Shown here one piece after another: positions 1 to 12,760 of a DNA stretch of 64,000 bases. Each line of letters begins with the position of its first letter. The first letter of the stretch is position 1. The position numbers and the translations under genes are program-made. Where the stretch lies: NCBI RefSeq assembly GCF_030028105.1, contig NC_092375.1:91733450-91797449 (forward strand). Reading direction: 5' to 3'. The DNA is from Mobula birostris (lineage: Eukaryota). The notes beneath the pieces were generated by a model. It did not search any database and was not told the DNA's origin. It was given only the letters and a program-made list of their open reading frames with translations.

Positions 1-503
1 AGTTATGAGTGTAGAGAGAATAGAGCAGTTGTCTAAGTACAGATCCTTGATTACTGATCTGTACAGACTGTGGTCTTCCAATAAGGAAGTAGAGGAGAGG
101 GAAGTATAGAGGCCTAGATTTTGACACTTGGTGATTAGTACTGAGGGGAATGTTTGTGTTGAATGCCAAGTTGTAATTGATAAACTGCAATCTAACATTT
201 GTTTTGCATTTGCCCAGATGCTCCAAAGCAGTGCGGAGAGCCAGTGAAATGTGACTGCTGTATACCTATTCTTGCAGCAGGTGAATTTCAGCAGGTCCAT
301 GTATTTAAGGCAGGAGTTAATGCTAGCCATGCCCAACTTCCCAAATTATAGTAGATGGGAGTGCTATCAGGCTATAGTTGTTGAGGCAGCTCACCTCTTC
401 TTCTTGTACAGCAATATGATTGCTGTCCATTTGCAACAGATGGGAACCTCAGACCACAGCAGTGAGAGGGTGAAGATGTTCATGAACACTCCAACCAGTC
501 CAT
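1..503 (-). mobile_element. Rex1/Babar-type LINE RT fragment, degenerate
   Basis: Minus strand resembles the RT N-terminal region of the better-preserved copies at 12103-12396 and 37781-38200. Confidence 0.65.
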
Positions 504-780
504 AAGACCGTAAGACATAGGAACAGAATTTGGCCATTTAGCTCATTGAGTCTGCTCTGCCATTCTATCATGGCTGATTTATTATCCCTCTCAACCCCAT
601 CCTCCTGCTTCTCCTTGTAACTTTTGACACCCTTACTAATGAAGAGCCTATCAACCTCCACTTGAGATATACCAAGTGACGGCCTCCACGGCTGTACGTG
701 GGAAGGAATTTCACATAATTATCATCATCTGCCTGAAGAAATTCCTCTTCATCTCTGGACTAAAGGGATCCCTAAAGGGA
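504..780 (-). mobile_element. CR1 LINE 3' end
   Basis: CATAAGA-type tail repeat followed by 3' UTR sequence similar to 55670-55930. Confidence 0.7.
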
Positions 781-804
781 TGGGGTTCAATCATTCTTCT
801 AAAC

Positions 805-1612
805 ACCAGTGAGTACCTCCTTGTGTAACTGGATCCTCGATTTCCTCACTTGCAGTCCTCAGTCAGTTCAGATTGGCAACCACATCCTCTCCACAATCTC
901 CATCAGTACAGGTGCAACACAAAGCTATGTGCTTAGCCCCTTGCTCTGCTCACTTTTTACAGTACTTATGACTGTGAGGCTAAGCACAGCTCCAATGCTA
1001 TATTCAAGTTTGCATTGTCGTTGGCCGAATCAAAGATGGTGACGAATCGGCATATAGGAGGGAGATTGAAAATCTGACTGAGTGGTGCCACAACAACCTC
1101 TCACTCAATGTCAACAAGACATAGGAGCTGATTATTGACTTAATGAGAAGGAGATTGGAGATCCATGCGCCAGTCCTCGTCAAGGGATCCGAGGTGGGGA
1201 GGGTCAGTAACTTTAAATTCCTTGATGTTCTTATTTCAGAGGATGTGTCCTGGGATCAGCATGTAAGTGCAAATATGAAGAAAGCATGGCAGCATCTTTG
1301 CTTAGAAGTTTGCGAAGATTCGTCATGACATCTAAAACTTCGGCAAACTTCTGTAGATGTGTAGTGGAGAGGATATTGACTGATTGCATTACAGCCTGTT
1401 ATTGAAACACCAATGCCCTTGAATGGAAAATCCTATAAAAAGTATTGGATATGACCCAGGCAGGTCTTTTGTCAGTAGGCTCTCACCTGTACCCAGTCTT
1501 CCAGCTGGTAGGTGTAGCACCCTGCAATAGTCACAACCTTTTTGGGCATCATAGGTAAACCCTTTCTACCACTGAACACATCTACACAGAGTGCTGTTAC
1601 AGGAAAGCATTC
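805..1612 (+). mobile_element. Rex1/Babar-type LINE RT C-terminal fragment
   Basis: [29 protein letters not shown] and GSEVGRVSNFKFL motifs, with frameshifts. Confidence 0.8.
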
Positions 1613-1664
1613 AATGTTAGCATTCATTTCGTGAGAACTAGAATGGAAAAGCAAGGACCTAATG

Positions 1665-2150
1665 CTCAAAGTTCAATGTTCGAAAGTCCACAGTAAATTT
1701 ATTATGAAAATACATATATGCCACTAATACCTCTTCCTAGAGATGCTGCCTGGCCTTCTGCGTCCAACAGCAATGTGTGTTGCTTGAGATCATTTTCTTG
1801 CAGGCATTCACAGTAGAATTAAGAAATATAATAGAATCAGTGAAAAACTATGAAGACTGACAAACAACTAATATGCAAAAGAAGATAACCTGTGCAAATA
1901 TAATGTCAAATAATAATAAATAAATAATACTGAGAGTATGTGTTGTAGGGTCCTTAAAGATGAGTCTGCAGGTTGTGGAATCAGTTCAGGATTGAGGTGA
2001 GTGAGGCTATCCATGCTGGTTCAGGACCCTGATGGTTAAAGGGTAATAGCTGTTTCTGAACCTGGTGGGGTGGGACTTAAGGCTCCTGTACCTCTTTTCG
2101 ATGGTAACAAGAAGAGAACATGGCTTGTATGGTGGGACTCCTTGCTTTTA
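1665..2150 (-). mobile_element. Rex1/Babar-type LINE 3' end containing a ~55-bp Penelope terminal fragment (1730-1785)
   Basis: Similar to the LINE 3' end at 10295-11340. The insert ctcttcctagagatgctgcctggcc...tgtgttgct matches 59259-59318. Confidence 0.7.
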
Positions 2151-2164
2151 TGTTGTCTTTGACT

Positions 2165-4290
2165 TTTCTTGTCAGCCACAGTTACCTCATCCTCTCTTTA
2201 AAGTACATTTTTGGGATAAATTAATGCTGCACCTTCTGAATTGTTCCCAGAGTCTCTAGCCATTGTTGATCTGCCATCATCTTTGCTAGTGTCCTCTTCC
2301 AATCTATTGTAATACTAATACATTTGATTTTAGCTTCTCCTTCTCAAACTGCAGGTTCATTACTTTTGATCATGCAACTGATCATTGCCTCTGATTAAGG
2401 GTTCTTTTACCTTCAGCTCCCTAATCAAATCTGTTGCATTACACACCACCCAATCTAGAATTGCCTTTCCCCTAGTGGGCTGAACCACAAGCTGCTATAA
2501 AAAGCTAAGTCGGAGGCTTTTTACAAATTTCTTCTCTTAGGATCCAGCACCAACCAGATTTTCCAAGTCTATCTGCATATTGAAATTCCCCTGTTGTAAC
2601 GTTGCCCTTTTTAGATGCCTTTTCTATTTCCCTTTGTAATTTGTGTCCAACATTCTGGCTACTGTTTGGAGACCTCTGTATAACTCCCAGCAGGGTCTTT
2701 TTACTTTTGCATTTTCTTAACTCTGACCATCTCTGATCCTGTGCGCTTCTTTCTAAGGATTTACTTTTACTAATAAAGCCACTCCCTTCCCCTCTGCCTA
2801 CCTGTCTGTTTGTCCTTTTGATACAAGGTGTATCCGTGGATGTTAAGCTCACAAATATGATCTTTTTTCGGCCACGACTCAGAGATGCCCACAATGCCAT
2901 ACCAATGCTCCCAAAGAGATCCCAATGATCCACAAATCTGAAACCCGGCCCCCTGCACAATCTGTAACTCTGCTCCAAGATCATCTACCTTCTTCCATAT
3001 ACTGCGTGCATTCAAATATAATACTTTTAAGTCCTGTATTTACCACCCTTTTCAATTTTGTCTCCATGAATTGGAAGTAAATTCTTAGGCTTTTCTAAAC
3101 ATATTATCTTTTTTTTTATTCTGGAGTCTTTTGTAACCTATCCTGTACCCTCCTTCCTTTTCACTTTATCCTCACTTTTCCAAACTGTTGAACTTTGAAC
3201 TTACTGTTTTGTCACTCAATCCCACTGACAGCAATTTTGCCCTATCAGCTGCCCACCCTTCTTCACAGTCTCACTACATGTTGCATCTACCTGCAGAACA
3301 ACTATCCCATCCTCGGCCCTATCACTCTGGTTCTTACCTTCCTGCCAAATTAGTTTAAACCCCCTCCAGTAGCTCTAGCAAACCTGCCTAGAAGGATATC
3401 GGTTCCTCAGGAATTCAGGTGTACCCCATTCTTTTGTATTAGTCATACCTTCCCGAGAAGAGATCCAAATGATCTACAAATCTAAACCCTGCCCCCTGCA
3501 CCAATTCTTCAGCCACACATTTATCTGCCAAATCATCCTATTCTTACCCTAGCTGGTGTATCGCTACCCTTCTGCTTCTACTCTAGTACCGTTTGTTCTT
3601 TCTTCAGAATCTCATTCCTTTTTGTACCTATATCATTTACACCAATATGTACCCCAGCTTCTGGCTATTCATCCTCCCATTTGGACTCAATCTGAGATGT
3701 CTCTGACCCTGGCAACATGACATCTCTGTGTCTCTTTCACGTCCACAGAATCTCCTCCCTTCTGGGTCACAGAGACCTGGTTGTTGTGGCTTTCCCCTCC
3801 AACAATATTCTGCTAATGAGGGGAATGGCCACAAGGGTACTCTGCACTGTCTACTTTCTTCCCTTTCCTAACAGTCATTCAGTTAACTGCCTTAGGGTGA
3901 CTGCTTTCCTGTAGTTCTTATCTATTACCTCCTTATTCTCCTCTATGAGCCAAGGGTCATCCAGCTACAGCTCCAGTTTCGGCTCCTAACACCTATTGTA
4001 AGGAGCTGCAGCTGGATGCACTTCTTGCAGATGTAATTATCAAGGAGACTGGAGGTCTCCCAAAACTTTCACATTTGACATAAATAACACACTACTGATC
4101 CTGAACCCTTTCTCAGTGTACTACAAGGCAATAATAGACAAAGAATAAAGAAAACCTACCAGAAAGCCACCTTTGCCTCCGCCTCTCTTCTCCAAAGCCA
4201 CTCTAACACTGTCCCACTCCAATATTGGCTGCTCCCAAATGGTGGTCCTGCTTAAATATAACCTCTTCTTATTGGCCCTTGCTAATTACT
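2165..4290 (-). mobile_element. CR1 LINE 5' half (5' UTR, ORF1 esterase-like region, AP endonuclease), degenerate
   Basis: NARSIWKKVDDL, IVGISESW and KKTLLGVI.R.PNSS endonuclease motifs; a GFRFVDHxD ORF1 motif at ~3450-3505. Confidence 0.8.
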
Positions 4291-5224
4291 CAACAATCTT
4301 GGTCAGTACAGGTTTCCAGTACTATGTCAGATACATAATTAGGGCCTGACACCTTGTGAGAGTTTACCCTCTTAAGGGATGTTCTGACATCGGCCTCTGA
4401 GACAGAGATCGCAGGGTTGCCAGATGCTGTGGGACTTCACACAGGTGTAGTATTTTCCTCCCTTTCTAAATGTGCATTGAGGTGGGGATTTGCCATTCAC
4501 TGAGGAAGGGAGTTGAGGTGGGCAAGGCCCAAGAATGTAAGCACAAACTTACTCTGCAGTGTGGTGCAATAATATGAAGATCATCTTTTTTCAGTACAAC
4601 CCAGTGATAGGTGGCTCTGGTTCCTCTTCAGTGCTTCAAAAAGCACAGTTTGAAGAGAATGACATCACCACTATAACTAGGTAGTCTTGTCTGGAACTTC
4701 CAGCTGAGAAATAGTGTGAACAACCGGGAAATAACGTGAAAGCCAACAGTCAGAGGAGTTGCTTGTTGGATGTCCCTTTGAAATGGCGCAGACTTCTGTA
4801 TCTCATTTGCTGTTAAGGAAGACTTAGCACTTGGAAAGGGTTACCTGCTGTGCAAAACCTTGCATGTAATAGTGTAAATCTTGAGGGAATTATAAAATGT
4901 TGGCACTTATTTGAAGAGCTGTTTCAATAATCACTGGATGTACAGATTTATTTTTCTTTTATATATCGCACATTAAACATATTGGGCAACAAATATACAG
5001 TGATGCTACAGATTGAAGACTCAACAACCGTAACAACTGTACTTCTGTATAACGTCAGCAACTGGAGTAACACAAGCTTGTATTGACAGATTAAACTCTG
5101 AGCCAAAGAGGGAGGCATTAGAGAAGGTTAAATACCTTAAAAGAGGAAAAGGAAGCGGAGAATTTTATGGAAAGAATTTCAGATGTAGTTAGGTTGATTG
5201 AAATCATGGTCTCGGTTTGGAAGT

Positions 5225-6640
5225 GCATAGGTGTTGGTTTATTATTGTCAAGTGTACCAAGATACAGTGAAAAGCTTGTCTTGTATGCTGTTCATACAGA
5301 TCAAATCATAACACAGTGTATTGAAGTAAAACAACATGAGCTATTAACAGAATGCAAAATGGAGTGTAACAGCTACAGAGAAAATCCATGTAATCAATAA
5401 AGTGCAAGATCATAAAGAGGTAGATTGTTTTTCTTGTTGTACAGAAGGTCCATTCAAAGTTCTAAACAGAGTGAAATACAAGTTGTCCTTGAGCCTGGTG
5501 TAATGTGCTTTCAGACTTTTGTACCTTTTCTGGAATGGGGGACTTGAGAAGAGAGTGTGTCCAGGGTGGGTGGGGTCTTTGATTATGCTGGCTGCTAGAG
5601 TACGGACACAGTCCATAGAGCAGAAGCTGACTTCCGTGATGCCGTGATCTGTTTTCACAATTCTGTACAGTTTCTTGCGGTTATGTGCAGAGTAGTTGTC
5701 ATATGAAGCTGTTATGCATCCAGATAGTGCATCGATAAATATTAAGGTTTGACAGGGACATGCACAATTTCTTTAGCCTCCTGAGGAAGTAGAGACATTG
5801 GTGAGCTCTTGGCCATGACATCAACGTGGTTGGACCAGGAAAAGTTATTGGTGTTGTTCACTCGTAAGAACTTGAAACTCTGAACCTAAACACTGTTGAT
5901 GTGGACAGTAACATGTGCATTGGCCCCCTTCCTGAAGTCTTTGTCCTGCTGTTTTGTTTTGTTGACATTGAGGGAAAGGTTGTCACGATACCATGTCCCA
6001 AGCTCTTTATCTCTTTCCCGTACTATAAGCATTTGAGATACGGCCCACTACAGTGTATCATCTGCAAACTTGTAGAGTTAGAGCAGAATCTGGCCATGCA
6101 GTCATCAGTGTACCAGCAGCAGAATAGGGGACTGAGGATGCCTTGTGGAGCACCAATGTTTAGAATAATCGTGGCGGAGGTGTTGCTGCCTATCTTTACT
6201 GATTGTTGCCTGTTGGTTAGGAAGTCAAGGATCCAGTTGCAGAGTTTACTTGGAATTATAGTATTGAAGGCAGAGTTGTAGTCAATAAACATTAGTCTGA
6301 TGTAGGTGTCTTCACTGTCCAGTTTCTCCAGAGTTGAGTGTAAGACCAGGGAACTGACGTTTTCCGTAGACCTGTTATGGCAATAGGCAAGTCGCAGTGG
6401 ATCAAGGTTGTGTGGAAAGCTGGAGTTGATGTGTTTCTCTCAATGCACCTCATTATGGTAGATATCAGAACTACTAGGTGGTAGTTATCAAGGCATGTTA
6501 CCTTGCCTTTTTTTGGGTACCTGGATAACAGTGGTTTTCTTTAAGAAGGAGAGAACCACAGCCTGAAGCAGGGTGAGGTTAAAAATGTCTGCAAATACCC
6601 TTGCCAGCTGATCTGCAGAGGAGTTAAGGACATGGCTAGG
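5225..6640 (-). mobile_element. Rex1/Babar-type LINE, 5'-truncated
   Basis: [32 protein letters not shown] and ASIIKDPTHPGHTLF motifs; AATAAA at the 3' end. Confidence 0.85.
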
Positions 6641-7192
6641 GACAGAGGATGAACACATGCTGGATCTGAGAGTGGTGTAGAAAGTGAAGGGGTGGATGAG
6701 AGGAAATTTAATATTCTTTCCTTCCTTGTTTTAATGCCTTCATGAGGCTATAATGGCATTAAAATAAGGAAGAGAATTTTAAATTTGAGATTGCATTTTT
6801 GAGGGCATGAATAATAAATGCAGCATAGAATAAGGGCAGGAGCATTTTGGTTGAGGTAGGATAAGAGCCATTTGAATGGACATTTGAGCAATTCAAGACT
6901 AGAGGCGATTTTTGCTTGAATGAGATTCTGGCTAAGCTCAAGTGGGGCACATAACAGTTATATGATAGAACAGTTGCAAGGGTCTAAAGTTTTGGCATTG
7001 CCAGTTCTAAAATGAAGAATATTATTCTTTATTCAAATGCTAGGAAAGTAATCTGTTCACACACAGGTTGGGGTAGAGTTGTCACTGGAGCTATTGAAAA
7101 TTGGTTCCAGGCTTGTAGATATGGCCAAGGGGGAAGCATGCAGATGAGTTAGAATGGATAGATCAAGGATGCATCATGGAAAAGGACTGCAA

Positions 7193-7508
7193 AAGGTAGA
7201 AGGAGATGAGTTGTTAACTTCACACTTTCTGCATAATCACTCAAAGAGTTGAACTGCACGTGCATGTAACGAGAGCTGTATAACTCATCTCCTTCTACCT
7301 TAGACCACAAACTTATCAATCACCCCTGTTGTGGACCACTTTCTAGAGGTCCAAGATGTCGACTTCTACAAAGAAGGGATCCGTATGCTTCAAGACCGCT
7401 GGACTAAGTGTATAAATGTAGGAGGGGACTATGTTGAAAAATAAATGTGCTAGGTTTTCTAAAATTGACTCCTATCTTAGGCCACAAATTTATCAATCAC
7501 CCCTCATA
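7193..7508 (+). mobile_element. Non-autonomous mariner derivative
   Basis: Encodes the mariner transposase C-terminus DFYKEGIRMLQDRWTKCINVGGDYVEK*. The TIR-like sequence ccacaaa.ttatcaatcacccct occurs twice (7305-7327, 7482-7505). Confidence 0.8.
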
Positions 7509-8243
7509 GCTTCGTCCTATGTTGTTAGGAAATATGGACTCAGCAGCTGGTGAATGTCATTATGCAGATGAGAATTCAACTCAATAATTTCATCATTATA
7601 AACTCATTAAATTCTTACATTAATTTCATAGAAATACTGTAAGCCTGATTAAAGCTGCCATCTCTGAAGGAAATGGCAAAGACCACAGCCTATTTTCTAA
7701 TTCCTTTTTTAATTCAGTCAAAGAAACACAACTAAAAAAATAACTATTAGCAAGAAAAGAATATAAAAATTGGTTTTTGAAGATATTTGCCTCTGTTGGA
7801 AAGCTCCCTCCAGACACCAGCATATATTAGAAACACAAGTTACCTGAAAGATCTTTCCTGATTTTACTATCCTTTCATTTGGAACGCAATATTTCTGTGG
7901 AGCAGGAGATTATGGAAAGAGTTGGAGACAGTTTCTTGTGGATTTTACACCGTCAGTTTTAAAATCAAGCAGAGTCTGTTGGGTGGTTCTACAGAACAGG
8001 AGATTGCTTGGATTAACAGTAACTTAGAAAGGGCTAATAAAAAGAAGTTAGGTTTAAGTGGAGCGGCCATTATTGGAGTGAACCAGGGTTAGGATAGGAG
8101 GCTCTGGCTCAACAGACTTTTGTCAAGAACAGGCAAAGGCTAAGGATGCTGAGTCATGTAAAATCATTTATTTGAAAGTAGAACTTAAGCTTGGGAAGTT
8201 AGAGCCAGAGATATAATAAGCTTGGCAAGAATAGGCTAAGTAA

Positions 8244-9150
8244 TGTTGTGATAGTTAACTGTGTTATTGCTCTTTCTCTTGGTTAGCCAATCCCACATGG
8301 GAGGAGTTCACATATTGTATCAGCAGAGTTATCAATACAGTTCAGTTGAAATCCTGCTTGTCTGATGTCTGGTCATGTGCTCTGCACTATCCCTCAATAT
8401 CAAATGCAACGTGGTGTCAGAACATCGTCAATGTATTGGTGCTACAGACCAAGTAAGATCCCCAACAAGAGAGAATTTACAGTAACACTGTTCTTGTTCA
8501 CATATATTTATGAAAAATATCCAGGTATCTATCAGCCTAAACTGCCTGTGCTAGTTTGCTAATTGTATGCACCGTGAGGCTGAGCTGAGAACTGGCCGGG
8601 GTTGCTAAGTAATGCCTTCAAGCTACGCCCAGAAATCAATACATTATAATAATCTGTGGAGGAAATGCACAGAGACACAGACACAACAGAGGTTGGTCAA
8701 ACTCTCAGAGAGAAAAGAAGACTTTTGTAGTACAAATAAATAAAATACTAAACGAACAAACAGGAAAATGGAGTAAGTACCTGTAGTACCTACATCTATT
8801 TACCTAACGAAGCCCCCCCGAGGCATTTGATTTCTCTAAGCCAGGGTACTTTGAGAGATGGTTCAGATGTTTTGAGAGATTTAGGGTTACAAATAATCTC
8901 ACTCTGGTTTTAGAAGAGCATCAAGTAAGCACACTGATATATTGCATGGGTGTCAAAGCAGATGACATCGTGGGTGAATTAGGATTGACAGATGCTCAGA
9001 ATAAGGAGTACAAAACAGTTCAGGGAAAATTCAAGGAATATTTCACTGGAAAGCGAAATATGATATGTGAGAGGGCAAAGTTCAGCTCCAGAAAGTAGGA
9101 GCCAGATGAAAGTGTAAATGACTACCTCAGACCATTAATGAATTTAGAGT
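8244..9150 (+). mobile_element. Gypsy LTR retrotransposon 5' remnant (LTR ~8244-8411, PBS, gag start)
   Basis: TGTTG...CAAC(G) followed directly by PBS-like TGGTGTCAGAA at 8412. Gag-like peptides PPEAFDFSKP, RCFERFRVTNNL and KRNMICERAKF..R..PDESVNDY. Confidence 0.7.
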
Positions 9151-10294
9151 ATGGATCAGTACATGAAACTGATGATGTGGCTATTACAGAGACTTGGTTG
9201 AGAGAGGGACAGGAATGGGTGCTTAATGTCCTAGGGTTTCAATGTTTTAGAAAATATAGGGAGTAAAGGGGGGGAAGGGCAGAATAGTTACCATACTAAT
9301 CAGACACAATATCACAGCTGCACTCAGAAGACATGTGGAGGGCTCATCTACTGAGTCTATATGCTAGAACTCAATAATAGGAAGGGTGCAACTCTCTGAT
9401 GGGATTGTACTACGTACCCCCTCGGAGCCACTGGGACATTGAGGCAGATTGAGGAAAGGCGTAAAAACAGTAGGGGTATTATCTGGGGGGGGGGGGAGCT
9501 TTAACTTCCTTAATATAAACTTTGATCTTCTTAGTATAAGAGGTTTAGATGGATCAAAATTTGTTAGGTACATGCAGGATGGTTTCTTAAATCAAGATGT
9601 TGGTAGTCCAGTAAGAGTAGGTTCTGTACTGGACCTGGTGTTGGCTATTGAACCTGACCAGGTAACAGACCTTTTAGTGGGTGGGCAGTTAGGGAATGGT
9701 GACCACAACTCCTCAAGTTTTGAAATAGCTATATATAAGGGTAAGGATGAGCCTTGTGGGAGAGTACTAAATTGGAGCAGAGCAAATTACGAGAGCATTA
9801 GGGAGGAACTAGGGAGAATTAATTGGAAACAACTGTTTTTGGGCAACTCCACATCCAAACATGTGGAAGGTATTTAAAGATCCATTGCACAGACCACAGG
9901 ACAGGTATGTTCCAATCAAAAGGAAGGACAGGAATATCTAGAGAGGTGATGAAATTAGACAAAAAAAGACAAAGAAGCTTGAGTCAAATAGAGCCCTTAG
10001 GGATCAGAATCAGAATCAGGTTTATTATCACTGGCATGTGTCATGAAAGTTGAAATTTGAAAAGAAATCAGGAAGAAAATAAGGTAAGTCTTGGGGGGGG
10101 GGCATTAAGGGTCCTTGGCAAGTAGGATTAAGAAGAGTCCCAAGGCATTATATAGATACGTCAAGGGCAAGATAATAACTAGGGTAAGGGTAGGACCACT
10201 CAAGGATAAAGGGGGAAACATTTGTTTGGATGCAAGGGATATGGATGAGGCCCTTAGTGAGTACTTTATGTCATTATTTACCAAGGAGGAGGAT

Positions 10295-12760
10295 GTTCAA
10301 AGTAAAATTTATTATCAGAGTACATACACGTCACCACATACAACCCTGAGATTCTTTTTCCTGCGGGCATACTCAGCAAATATATAGAACAGTAAGGCTA
10401 CGTCCACACTAGACTGGATAATTTTGAAAACGCCGGTTTCGCGTAAAAACGATAGGCGTCCACACCAGGCGTTTTTGAAAATACCTCCGTCCACATTAAA
10501 ATGGGTATTTGGGTGAATCTCTCCTACTGGGCATGCGCAGGACACACCTACAGAAAACAAGTGAAGAGGAAATGATATACTATTTCCGTTTCCACAGCGG
10601 CATTGTGCTATTTCCATTGGTCACAAACTAGTGTACCCTACAACAACAGCGAAAGGAAGTTTTCAACAATGTCTTTGAGGAATACAAAGAAAACCTCTGC
10701 TGGGAAAAGCAGACCAGACTTCTTCGTTTGGACAGACAATTAAGTCGAGCTGTTTCTGCGAGTTACAAACGACTGACGTTGGAGGTTGCATTCAAGAAAA
10801 CAATGAAATTCCGCGCTGCTGCCACCATCTGTTCCGGCATGTCATGACAGCGTTTTTAAAAAGCTCCGGTTACCCCTACACACTACACCGCCCAATCGGT
10901 GTTTTCAGATTTCCACACTCTGCAGAGCGTTTTAGAAAAGCTCCGTTTTTGGGGGAGGAAAATGCTGTTTCAGTGTGGACGGAGGGTCAAAACAAAGAGA
11001 AAAAGCTTCGGGTACGGATTTATCCTGTCTAGTGTGGACGTAGTCTAACTGTGAACAGGATCAATGAACAATAAACAGTGCAAATGCAAATATAAATAAA
11101 TAGCAATAAAAAATGAGAGCATGAAATAACGAGCTAAAGAGTCCTTAAAGTGAGATCATTGGTTGTGGGAACACCAGAGATAGAATGAGTGTAGTTATCC
11201 CCTTCTGTTCGAGAGTTGAGAGGTGGTAACTATCTTTGAACCTGGGGTGCGAGTCCTAAGGCACTTGTACCTTCTTCCTGATGGCAGCAGCGAGAAAAGA
11301 GTACGGCCTGGGTGGTGAGGATCTTTGATGATGGATGTTGTGTTTCTACGGCAATGTTTCATGTATGTAGATATGTTCAATGGTTGGGAGAGTTTTCTCC
11401 ATGATATACTGGGTCAAATCCACTACCTTTTGTCAGATTGTCTGCTCAAAGACATTGGTGTTCTCATACCAGGCTGTAATGCAGCCAGTCAATACTCTCT
11501 CCACTACACATCTATAGAAGTTGGTCAAGGTTTTAGATGACGTGCTGAATCTCTGCAGATTCCTAAGGAAGTGGAGGCACTGTGGTGCTTTCTTTGCAAT
11601 TACATTTATATGATAGGTCTTGGAAAGATCCTCTGAGATAGTGACTCCCAGGAATTTCAAGTTACTGACCCTCTCCACCTCTGCTCCTCTGATGAGTACT
11701 GGCTCACGGACCTCTGGTTTCCTTCTCCAGATGTCTATAATCAGTTCCTTGGTTTTGCTGACATTGAGTGAAAGTTTGTTGTAATGACACCACTCAGCTA
11801 TGTTTTCAGTCTCCCTCCTATATGCTGATTCATCATCACCTTTGGTATGGCCCACAACAGTGGTGTCACCAGCAAACTTAAATTTGATGTTGGAGCTGTA
11901 CTTAGCCACACAGTCATAGGTGTAAAGTGAATAGAGCAAGGGGCTAAGTACACACCCCTGCAGTGCTCCTGTGCCGATGGAGATTGTGGAGGAGATGTTT
12001 TTGCCAATCTGAACTGACTGGGGTCTGCAAGTGAGGAAATCCAGGATCCAATTGCACAAGGGGATATTGAGTCCCAGGTCTTACTGAATAGTTTTGAGGG
12101 GGTTATAGTATCAAATGCAGAGCTGTAATTGATAAAGAACATCCTGATGTATGTTCCAGGGTTGTGTGAAGAGCCAATTGGATAGCATCTGCTGTAGATC
12201 TGTTGCTTGTGTAGGCAGATCGGAATGGATCCAAGTCATCACGCAGGCAAGAGCTGATATGTTTCAACACCAGCCTCTCAAAACACTTCCTGATTGTGAA
12301 TGTAACTGCCACTTGGTGATAGTCATTGAGGCAAGTTTTCACACTCTTCTTTGGCACCAGTATGATTGAAGCTTGCTTGAAGCAGGTAGGTACCACACAC
12401 TGTCAGAGCGAGAGGTTGAAGATATCTGTGAACACAACAACCAGTTGGTCAGCACAGGTCTTCAGTACTTGGCCAGGTACTCTGTCTGGACGGAATGCCC
12501 TCTTGAAGGCAGCCTGCCTGTCATCTTCAATACTGAGACTGAAGGATCATCAGGAGATGTGGGAGTGCGTGATGGTTCCTCCCTGTTCTGGTGGTCAAAG
12601 TGAGCATAGAAGGCATTGAGCTCATCTGGAAGCTAAGCTCTGCTGTCTCCTACGTCGCTAGATTTAACTTTGTAGGATGTTATGGCATTCAAACCCTGCC
12701 ACAGCTATCGAGCATCCCTCATTGATTCCAGTCTAGTCCGGAATCTCCACTTCAGCTGTG
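10295..12760 (-). mobile_element. Rex1/Babar-type LINE nested in CR1
   Basis: ORFs 11433-12059, 11798-12142 and 12103-12396 give RT motifs ([31 protein letters not shown]). Confidence 0.9.
10396..11045. mobile_element. PIF/Harbinger-type MITE, 650 bp
   Basis: TIRs GGCTACGTCCACACTAGAC / GTCTAGTGTGGACGTAGTC, flanked by a TAA TSD (10393-10395, 11046-11048). Confidence 0.88.
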
